From Octopus sinensis (Eukaryota), in assembly GCF_006345805.1 (NCBI RefSeq), contig NW_021827137.1:1-11011 (forward strand): DNA of 11,011 nt, given 5' to 3'. How positions within the stretch are numbered: position 1 is the first letter of the stretch; each line of letters opens with the position of its first letter. Both the position numbers and the translations under genes were made by a program. Below are positions 1 to 8,641 of the stretch, piece after piece. The notes below the pieces were generated by a model. The model was not told the origin of the DNA and ran no database searches. It saw only the letters and a program-made list of their open reading frames with translations.

Positions 1-80
1 TTGTTTTTCCTCTAATGTTTTTCGTTCACTTTTACCTCGCTTCTCTTTTTCACTACTTTGCTGTCTCCCCATATCGCCCC

Positions 81-86
<6 letters not shown>

Positions 87-122
<36 letters not shown>
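87..122. repeat. (CT)n microsatellite
   Basis: Perfect CT dinucleotide run; source of the ERERER ORF at 53..235(-). Confidence 0.97.
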
Positions 123-125
<3 letters not shown>

Positions 126-692
126 CACCTATCTCTACTTGTTTTCTCTCTCCCGTAATTCTTTCTTTTGATATTTCTTCTATCCCACAATAGTTTGCTC
201 TTTTTCACATATGTCTTCTTTCCAGGTGTGTTCATCTACGTAGCACTCATCTAGACTTCGCATTCTCTTCTTACGTTTCTTTTCGTTGAAAAGCTTTTGT
301 CTGAATTTAAACTACGACTACGCCCTCTTCTTTCGCATTGCCCATGTGCATATTAGTTATCTGTTTCATTTTACTTGTGTTAACTATCCTTGTTACTTGT
401 TCTATTTCTCTTTCGTCAAAAAGGAACTACTATTTTCGATAAACTTTCATTGTGTCGAAAGACCTTAGATGTCCTATGCAATTTCTATTCATAGTTTATG
501 GTATATTCATAACAATTGTTGGCTTCTTGGTTCGTGAAACCGTAAGCACCTTGTGCTCCCTCACGTTGTCCTGTTTTACGTTTGCTTTAAATCTATTGAC
601 AGACTAAAGCTAGCTGTGTTGTCAAAAGTTCTGAAACTGCAAAACATCAATCAGTAACTGATGAATGGATATATGCTTATATTTGCGTTCTT

Positions 693-905
693 TGTATGTA
701 TGTATGTATGTATGTATGTATGTATGTATGTATGTATGTATGTATGTATGTATGTATGTATGTATGTATGTATGTATGTACATATGTGTGCATGTATGTA
801 CGTATGTGTGTATGGATATATGTGAGTATGTATGTGTGTATTTATGCATGTATGCATGTATGTATGTATACACGTACATATGTATGTATATATTATGTAT
901 GTATG
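693..905. repeat. (TGTA)n tetranucleotide microsatellite with degenerate 3' extension
   Basis: About 22 perfect TGTA units at 693-780, then degenerate TATG/TGTG units; explains the MYVC/YIHT ORFs. Confidence 0.97.
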
Positions 906-1211
906 TCATTATTTAGTTTTATTTCAAAGTTTCTTGTCAACCAAGAGCCAGTTTGTAAACTAGATCCAAGAGTCCTTCCTTGGAATTTCAACATCAACAG
1001 GCTAATTTTAGCGTGTGTGTGTGTGTTTATTTGGAGTATTTGGAGTCAGAGCATGTACATATGTATATATATTTATATGCATATATATATATATGCATGT
1101 ATTTCCATGCAAATAGTTCTAGACATGCATATATATACTTAAATGATAAACTTCTGGAAAGTTTTAAAAGTATTTACAGTCCCCCACTCCTCGCCTCTTC
1201 TCTCTCTCTCC

Positions 1212-1219
1212 ATATATAT

Positions 1220-1258
<39 letters not shown>
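1212..1258. repeat. (TA)n microsatellite
   Basis: TA run preceded by a short (TC)n. Confidence 0.95.
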
Positions 1259-1261
<3 letters not shown>

Positions 1262-2613
1262 TCTGGAGAAACTGCTTATTAATTAGGCATATAACAATTA
1301 CAAAAAGTACTAAAAGAAATAAATTATTAAAGGGTTGTCCGTCTGGAAATATTTTTATAAATTCATGTTCTAAGAAATTTCCTATATTTTCGACTTCTCA
1401 AGTTTCTTGAATTTTTTTAACTCCAATTTCTCGCAAATTTAAATATTTCCATTTACTGCATCCAGTTCACAAATTTATATACTCATTGCATTCACTACGG
1501 AGTATTCCATTCTCATTTACAATATCTCTCACTTTCTCTTTTAAGTTTTCATTCGCTATTTGAAAAATCGAAATTTTATTCTATTAATGTATACGTAATT
1601 TATTATTTTCTGAATGAAATATTTTAAAATACCCGTATAATTCTTGTTAAATAAATGCATTGGGACCTCTGTATTTAAACAGTGCAGTGAAACTAACGGT
1701 TTTTGTGTGTTCTTGAATGGCTTACAAACATCTATGCTGCAATTGTTTTTATTTCAGCACATGATCTCATATCAAGTCACTTGCTATGCAAGTACATCTC
1801 ATAATTCTTTTTAAAAATCACTCTGGATAAATGCCAGCAATGGCCTTCTCAGTCTCTCCAATATTTTCATTTCTAAACAGAAACACTTGGGGACAGGGAG
1901 TGGGGTTGCAAAAAATTCATAACTTCTCAAATTTTCCTTTTTATAGCATATAAATATTGAAAAACATCAATACATGCAGGAGTGATAAAGAAACGAGGAG
2001 GGTTTCTTCGGATATGATAGAAACAACGGCCAAATCGCCCTTAAATCATTCACTTTTCCCTCTGAAAATATTAACAATTTTATTAAAATATTTTTTACTG
2101 AAAATGCTCTTTGGATGGTTTTGAAGTGCAAAAAAAAACAAAACAAAAAACTTCCCAAAATAGGTCCGGAGTGGGATGATGAGTAAGGTGGGTGTAAAAA
2201 ACTTTTACAAAACTTTTACGTTTACAAAACTTTTTACATGCAAAGATCCCCCCACCCCATCATTTCGAAGGCTGTGGTTTAAAAAAATTAGGAAAATCCC
2301 TGAAAAAGTTTTTCCCACAAATTTCTTTATAATCGTAATCTATGCCGTTTGAAAGGGATCTGTATAAATTTTTATTGAAAGATACCTATCTTCCTGAAAG
2401 TTATGAGGGAAAAGTCAGATTGTGTGAATTTTCCAAAATTCCTCACTCCACACCCTCGGAAAAATTATTTCTCTTAAATCCCTATATACTCTGAAGCCAC
2501 AACAATAAAAGCAATACTTACTAAGCAAGTGGGCACTATTATACAAAGAAATAATTAGACGTAAAATATAAAAATTATTAGAAATGGGATCAAATGTGAA
2601 AATATTATCAAGG

Positions 2614-2655
2614 TGCTAGCAAAAAACCGCCCGGAGGGCAGTCTTTCTGCTAGTA
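2614..2655. mobile_element. GC-rich palindrome ending in CTAG-T; resembles a Helitron/Helentron terminus
   Basis: TGCTAGCAAAAAACCGCCC-GGA-GGGCAGTCTTTCTGCTAGTA. The GC hairpin (2626-2642) lies 7 nt before CTAG followed by T, matching the Helitron 3'-end pattern (hairpin, then CTRR, inserted before T). Confidence 0.4.
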
Positions 2656-2795
2656 TATACAATTAAGGATAAAATCAATTAATGATATATTATCAGTGGC
2701 CAGCATTTAATAAAAACCATATAGGTAACATTAATATAAATATGTAATTATTATAATTAAGCTGAGATGAATTATCGGATTTACATCGAATTACG

Positions 2796-2819
2796 TATAT
2801 ATATACATACATACATATA

Positions 2820-2878
<59 letters not shown>
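2796..2878. repeat. (TA)n/(TACA)n microsatellite
   Basis: Direct sequence. Confidence 0.95.
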
Positions 2879-2881
<3 letters not shown>

Positions 2882-3267
2882 GAATGTTTTTATATATAAT
2901 GAACGTGAAATACAGGAAGGGACGAACACGGAACACAGACAAATCATTCGAAGCCTTCAATCTTCAGTCAGACACCGAATCATCATAGCAAATTTCGGCT
3001 GTTCAATTCTGATATTTGCTCCAACTCGGCCAGCCCCAAGAAAAAAACTAAGCTGTAAGCATTAGATTCTTGGTAGAAGACAGGAATGTGAACGCACAAG
3101 ACGGATGTGAATACAAGAGACGAAAACGAAATTGAAAACAGTAATGAATAAACAAAATATATATAACGGTGGTTGTCATACGACTTTAGACCAAATGAGA
3201 CAAAAACAACAACAACATAGCTGGCGTAGAAATAATTACCGTTTCGGTAGCGGGACACATGTTGGTC

Positions 3268-3269
<2 letters not shown>

Positions 3270-3308
<39 letters not shown>

Positions 3309-3378
3309 TGTATATATAATATATATATTTGTATATATACAAATGCATTTGTATGGCTATGTATATATATATGTATGT
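3270..3378. repeat. (TA)n-rich degenerate microsatellite
   Basis: Direct sequence. Confidence 0.9.
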
Positions 3379-3389
3379 ACTTCTAGTAT

Positions 3390-3443
3390 ATTCTACTGAA
3401 GACGGTAAAGTATTACTAAACCAGAAGTCGGACGATCTAGAAT
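3390..3443 (+). ncRNA. Degenerate type-I hammerhead ribozyme-like motif
   Basis: Stem I ATTCTA(3390-95)/TAGAAT(3438-43); core CTGAAGA (3396-3402); stem II (C)GGT..ACC(A); GAAG in place of GAAA (3424-27); stem III TCG-GA-CGA; UH site TC (3436-37). Deviations: C.A mismatch at the base of stem II and A15.1 to G. Confidence 0.55.
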
Positions 3444-3555
3444 TAACCTCAAACTTTTACTAAATTACTTTTATTCATTTGCTCGCTTTCAGACTTGTAC
3501 TAATGGAATGTAATTTGAAGTGGTTTTTAGAGTCGTGCACTGAAACCACGTGATG

Positions 3556-3723
3556 GTCTATTTCATAGATCCCCAGTACTTGACAGGTACTTAATTTATC
3601 GGCCTCGAAAGAATGAAATGAATAGTCGACCTTGGCGGAATTTGAACTCAGAACGTAGCGGCGGGTGAAATACCGCTAAACATTTCGTCCAGCGTGGTAA
3701 TGTTTTTGCCAGCTTACTGCCTT
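3556..3723 (-). mobile_element. tRNA-derived SINE, family B, diverged copy
   Basis: Clearly homologous to 7807-8020 over head and body. Minus strand has an A-box-like AGCTGGCAAAAACATTACC and B-box GAGTTCAAATTCC; the 5' end abuts (AAT)n. Confidence 0.85.
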
Positions 3724-3730
3724 AATAATG

Positions 3731-3781
<51 letters not shown>

Positions 3782-3857
3782 TAATAATAATAATAATAAT
3801 AGTCATAATGATAATAATAATGATAATAAATAAAATAATAATAATAATGATAATAAT

Positions 3858-3914
<57 letters not shown>

Positions 3915-3971
3915 TAATAATAATAATAATAATAAGAAGAAGAAGAAGAAGAACGACAACAACAACAACAA
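3724..3971. repeat. Compound triplet microsatellite (AAT)n-(AAG)6-(AAC)n
   Basis: About 210 bp of interrupted AAT, then AAG (3934-3951), then AAC/GAC units. Confidence 0.95.
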
Positions 3972-4676
3972 AGACACCCGGCTCTGCATTCAGTCTAATA
4001 ACATCGGTGGAATGTGATAAAGGAACCTGTGGAAGACTTAGAGGAAGCGGTCTTTTAACGAAAATAATCATAAAAACTGCCATACAAAGCACGGTTTCTT
4101 CTATGCACGATGTCTAAGTGAAACGTGCGAAACACACACGAGAAATCAACACCGGAAAGTTTACAAATTATAAAATATAAATAGAACAAAACAGTTAGTA
4201 TATAAATTGAGTAATTACGCATACATTCGAATGTCTACACATTTTAATACCCACAGGACTACACATACAAACCAATGTTTATACAACTACGTGAAATTTA
4301 CAGGACACACATACAGGTATATAAAAACACGGTTCACAAGCAAAGCAAAACCAAAAAGCAAAACAAAACATTTTTTTTCATTTTCGAACTAACACAGAGT
4401 GAACAATTCATAAGTTTAAAAACACCACAAAAAACTATGCTCGGAGATAAATCTATCAACAAAAAAATACAGACGAATACAGATAGCCTTAAGAAGCTAC
4501 GTTACGAGCAATGTTTACATGCAGAGAATTCAGAGGTGGTATCTTAAAAAATTAACGCAAAACTAATAGATGCGTTCCCTAATGTCAATGTCCAAGCTCG
4601 TCATGCCTCAATGATAACAAAACAAGATACAAACCGAATCGATGGTCACCCGTAATATTAAGGATCGCATGGTCGA

Positions 4677-5650
4677 ATGATGAACCAGATTCAATACGGA
4701 AAATCAGCTACTGATTCAAATCTTCCCGAAACACAGGAACTGGAAGTACCCCACAACCGGAATATTCCAACAGATGGCCATCCATGCTCGTCATCAAATA
4801 ACCAAAAGAAAAAGAATGAAAGATGGTCTAGGGGAAATAATAAATAAGTTCTTACGGCCGTCTATCGTACCACATATTTCCCCACAAATAAGTCTAATAC
4901 TGTACAAACCTACTTAAACTGGAGATAGAAATGCCTTGAAGTAAGACCCTACATAGACAGTATTAACTTGCCAACGTCAGAAGAAACATTATGTTAAAGA
5001 AATTATTAACTGAATTAGAGATTGAGCAAATTAAACAACCAGCAAGGGATAAAAAGAACGAAGTTGCAGCTAAAGAAGATACTAGAGGAAATAATTACAG
5101 ACTAGCCCAGGGCTGATGAAAATGCAATAATGTTTGAAAGCGTTAATGTAACTGATAAGCAAAGTGAAATACTCCCTGAACTACCCATAAACACTAAGGC
5201 AGATGAAAAGCAAATAGACGAAGAAAGTCACACAGAAATTGACCCAATAGAACTACATGATCTAAAAAATCAAATCATGATTGAATGGCTGAAAAGTAAA
5301 GAAACCAGTATGAATGAACGCGACACTCTCCCAAAAATTCGCAGTTTTAACCAAAACCTGAAAATAATTGGTAAAATCCGCTTTGCACTCAAGGAAATAA
5401 TTTCAGCTAATGATATTGATATTACAGATATCAACCACCTGTAGTATGCATCCGCGGAAATCTCAACGATTTTATGTGGTGAAAAGATTAGAAAACGACA
5501 ACAGTGCCACAAAAAGCCTACTTGGCAAGAGCGTATTCAACACCAAATTCAGCTACTTAGGTCTGACATAGAATATTTAAAAATCCTTAAGTTTGACAAG
5601 ACTATCAAACCCACAAAAATCGGAAAATAAAAAAAAGATATGATATGAAA
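4677..5650 (+). pseudogene. R4/Dong ORF, N-terminal region (disrupted)
   Basis: ERWSRGNNK*VLTAVY...WR*KCLEVRPYIDSINL/ANVRRNIMLKKLLTELEIEQIK (Myb-like region); MNERDTLPKI; DITDINHL*YASA; PTWQERIQHQIQLLRSDI. Includes track ORF 5130..5444. Multiple stops and frameshifts. Confidence 0.8.
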
Positions 5651-5659
5651 ATCTGTCTT

Positions 5660-6541
5660 CATTCAATGAAGCTAATGAAGTCAAAACAGAGGCTAAAATA
5701 ACTGATGGCTTTGAAGAAACAATAAAAACTGCAAAACAGCTAAAATCTAAGCTAAGACTGAAGCTACAGAATGATATGATAACATTACAGCAAGAAAAGC
5801 ATGGTAAATACTGGAATAAACCAAACAGAAAAGAAATAGACAAAGTAAAATCTCAACACTAGATGCGAAGCGCGAAACTCAAAGCAGAGACTGAAGAATT
5901 TTTATTTGCGGCACAAGAGCAAAACCTTATCAGAAATCATTAAAATACATAATGAAACAGAATGCAACAAATGAAAAATATATGGTGATGGGGAAGAAAC
6001 AATAAATTACATTGTCACTGGTTTCCCGGTTTTCACCAAAAAGGAATATATCAACAGATATGACAGAGTTGGGGCTTACATACACTGGAAGCTGTGCCAG
6101 CACTATGGGATGACAGCAGAATAAAGATGGCATAGAAATACTCCAGAAAAGGTTTTAGGAAATTTCAAAGCAACAACACTCTGGAATATGGCAATACACA
6201 CAGGTACGGGTTCAGTGGCTAATCGGCCAGATATTGTGGTTAAAGACCAGCATGAAAGAAAATAAATGCCCCTGATTGACACATCAGTCTCAACAGATGA
6301 CAATATATCTCTTAAAGAAATGGAGTAACTGTCAAAATATAAATGTATGGAAATAGACATATCCCAAATGAGGAACCTGTTTATAAAAGCAATCTCTGTA
6401 ATAATAGCTACCTGAGATATGGTAAAAAAATATACAGACAAATACATAAGCAAAACCCGAGGACTTACAACGATATCTGAAGTGCAGAAAATAGCTCAGA
6501 TTGGTGCCGCACACATCTTGTGAAAATCACGTTCAATATAG
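5660..6541 (+). pseudogene. R4/Dong ORF, C-terminal region: post-RT linker, degenerate CCHC knuckle, restriction-like endonuclease (disrupted)
   Basis: KHGKYW..IDKVKSQH*MRSAKLKAETEEFLFAAQEQ; ETINYIVTGFPV (knuckle with Cys/His residues mutated); EYINRYDRVGAYIHWKLCQHYG; NRPDIVVKD..LIDTSV..KEME*LSKY (PD..D..K); QKIAQIGAAHIL; ends at TAG 6539-6541. Confidence 0.88.
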
Positions 6542-6641
6542 TAAGAGTAAAAACAATAAAACAGACTACACCGAATATTCGAGATACACAAAAGTGCGCT
6601 CTTCAGTGCAGTGATAACACGCAATAAAAATCAAACCACTG

Positions 6642-6663
6642 AATAATAATAATAAAAATAAAG

Positions 6664-6740
<77 letters not shown>
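6642..6740. repeat. (AAT)n tract: tail/target of the R4/Dong element
   Basis: About 33 AAT units with a few interruptions. Confidence 0.97.
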
Positions 6741-6742
<2 letters not shown>

Positions 6743-7190
6743 GATGGGCTACAGCAATTATTCTGCTCAATACCACAGATTTGCTTGTCAGTTGTTTGAC
6801 CTTAACCAGTTGAGCATGTCCCTTAGTGGCTGACGATATGTGCATCTCTGATCACGAGCAGAAGTAGTGGGGGAGCATCATAGCCATGTGTTGAGAGGGA
6901 TTCTTTGGGGTTTGAATAGTTCACCTCTGGAAACATAGGTGGTTCTTTCAACATCCTTAAACAACCCTTATTCAGGGACCTTTTGAGCGGGATGGGCTAC
7001 TCGACCTGAAGAAAATTCTAACTGGGCCCCACCTGCAAGGTCATGCGCTGTTTACCTTGATATGAGATCACGATGTCGCGCACATATGGTTGTGATGCAT
7101 GTGTCTGGTGTACCCTTATCATATGGGTATATTGGGCTTCGTATATTTTACCCCAGTGTCACTTTGATGGCATGAACTGCTCTCTCACTC
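6741..7190 (+). mobile_element. Non-coding retroposon-like element X, 5'-truncated copy
   Basis: Roughly 90% identical (by eye) to 7297-7749; lacks the first ~91 nt of the second copy; flanked on both sides by AAT repeats. Confidence 0.8.
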
Positions 7191-7205
7191 AATAATAATA
7201 ATAAT

Positions 7206-7749
7206 GCCCTGATGCAGTACCAGGCAGTGGCTCTCATGGCTTCTGATCTTAACTGATTGGAAGTGTTATCATGAACATTGCTTGTGTCTGGTATAAAAGA
7301 TGGGCTACAGCAAATATTCTGCTCAATACCACAGATTGCTTGTCAGTTGTTTGACCTTAACCATTGAGCATGTCCTTAGTGGCTGACGAATGTGCATCTC
7401 TGATCACGAGCAGAAGTAGTGGGGAGCATCATAGCCATGTATTGAGAGGGATTCTTTGGGGTTTGAATAATTCACCTCTGCAAACATGGGTGTTTCGTTC
7501 AACATCTTTAAACAACCCTTATTCAGGGACCTTTTGAGCGGGATGGGCTACACGACCAGAAGAAAATTCTAACTGGGCCCCACCTGCAAGGTCATGCGCT
7601 GTTTATCGTGATATGAGATCACGATGTCGGACACATATGGTTGTGATGCATGTACCTGCTGTACTCTTATCAGACGGGTAGCCATGATGGATATACTGGG
7701 CTTCGTATACCCCAGTGTCACTTTGATGGCATGCACAACTCTCTCACTC
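7206..7749 (+). mobile_element. Non-coding retroposon-like element X, longer copy (~545 bp)
   Basis: Starts GCCCTGATGCAGTACCAGG after (AAT)5 and ends CTCTCTCACTC before (AAT)n. No meaningful ORF and no properly spaced A/B boxes. Confidence 0.8.

Positions 7750-7752
<3 letters not shown>

Positions 7753-7806
<54 letters not shown>
7753..7806. repeat. (AAT)n tract shared by element X and the tail of the minus-strand SINE
   Basis: 18 AAT units. Confidence 0.97.
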
Positions 7807-8020
7807 CCTTTCTACTGGAGACATAACACCTCAAATTTGTGGAGAGGGGACTAATCGATTACATTGATCCCAGTGTTTCACTGGTATTTAATTTATCGAC
7901 CCCGAAAGGATGAAAGGCAAAGTCGACGCCGGCGGTATTTGAACCCTGAACGTGAAGACAGACGAAATGCCGTTAAGCATTTCGCCCGACGTGCTAACGA
8001 TTCTGCCAGCTCCCCGCCTT
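7807..8020 (-). mobile_element. tRNA-derived SINE, family B, apparently full-length
   Basis: Minus strand: GGCGGGGAGCTGGCAGAATCGTTAGCAC (A-box region), GGGTTCAAATACC (B box), body TTTCATCCTTTCGGGGTCGATAAATTAAATACCAG, and 3' end GTAGAAAGG followed by an (ATT)n tail. Confidence 0.9.
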
Positions 8021-8061
8021 AATAATATTAATGATAATAATAATGATAATAATAATAATGA

Positions 8062-8101
<40 letters not shown>

Positions 8102-8138
8102 GATAATAATTCCACCGCTAATAATAATTATAATAATT
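8021..8138. repeat. Degenerate (AAT/GAT)n microsatellite
   Basis: Direct sequence. Confidence 0.93.
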
Positions 8139-8142
8139 CCAT

Positions 8143-8178
8143 CGTTCTTAGTGATGATACCGTTCACCACTAAGAACG
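8143..8178. other. Isolated hairpin / inverted repeat
   Basis: CGTTCTTAGTG (8143-53) and CACTAAGAACG (8168-78) form perfect 11-bp arms, plus 3 more inner pairs after a mismatch. Confidence 0.8.
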
Positions 8179-8392
8179 GCAATAGAATAGCAATGACTTC
8201 TGAAAATGGAGCAAATCTCACACACCTACTGGTATACACCCTTATTTATTCTCATACACGCAATGTTTTCCAACATTTTTACCTCTGTAATCATCTCCAT
8301 TTCTTCTTTCTTTCGCTTACCCTCCAATCTTTTTCTCAACCTATTTATCTCCCTTTTTCTCTGTTTCTGCTCTCATCATCTCTGAGATCGAT

Positions 8393-8518
8393 CGATAGAT
8401 AGATAGATAAAAGCACATATATATTCGTACATTCACGGACAGATATAAAGTATATCAAGCAAGAGAGAGAGAGAGAGAGAGAGGGTTGGACTGATAGAAG
8501 AACAAGAGGAAACGAATA

Positions 8519-8562
<44 letters not shown>

Positions 8563-8640
8563 ATATATATATTATATATATATATAATATATATATACAT
8601 ACATACATACAACATGCTACATACATACAGATATATGCGT
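8393..8640. repeat. Microsatellite cluster: (GATA)n, (AG)n, (TC)n, (TA)n, (TACA)n
   Basis: Direct sequence. Confidence 0.9.
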
Positions 8641-8641
8641 A

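Larger units (their letters stand above)
4570..6641 (+). mobile_element. Decayed R4/Dong-clade non-LTR retrotransposon with internal deletion of the RT; 5' boundary uncertain (may extend towards 3972)
   Basis: Translation across stops and frameshifts gives R4-type N-terminal motifs, then post-RT, zinc-knuckle and RLE motifs. A 100-nt 3' UTR runs directly into an (AAT)n tail, consistent with the known TAA-repeat targeting of Dong elements. Confidence 0.85.

Noticed and set aside
658-664. CTGATGA hammerhead core
   Set aside because: No downstream stem II/GAAA or stem I partner; the sequence runs into microsatellite.
1086-1137. 15-bp inverted repeat TATATATATGCATGT/ACATGCATATATATA
   Set aside because: Mostly self-complementary TA low-complexity sequence; expected by chance.
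53-1282. Track ORFs with ERER, YIHT and MYVC repeats
   Set aside because: They are translations of CT, TGTA and TA microsatellites; no coding evidence.
1762-1776. 15-nt exact match to the reverse complement of element X (7056-7070)
   Set aside because: The match does not extend, and one such match in an AT-rich 11-kb window is plausible by chance.
2940-2975. Minus-strand CTGAAGA...GAAT hammerhead-like string
   Set aside because: GAAT instead of GAAA, poor stem II geometry and no stem I complement.
3236-3268. Minus-strand CCGAAACGGTA resembling a hammerhead 3' half
   Set aside because: No CUGANGA core upstream; the sequence is cut off by a TA repeat.
4103-4131. GCACG/CGTGC hairpin followed by GAAAC
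   Set aside because: The preceding sequence is not CUGANGA; two deletions would be needed to call a ribozyme.
5270-6514. Minus-strand ORFs over the LINE
   Set aside because: They are antisense shadows of the decayed plus-strand R4/Dong ORF.
6565-6612. Minus-strand CTGAAGA...GAAT as an antisense hammerhead
   Set aside because: It would have G at position 17 pairing with C3, no A15.1 and a mismatched stem II; better read as a plain stem-loop.
6741-7749. Element X as a tRNA SINE, HDV ribozyme or CRISPR-like repeat
   Set aside because: No correctly spaced A/B boxes, no convincing nested double-pseudoknot pairing by eye, and no repeat-spacer organisation.
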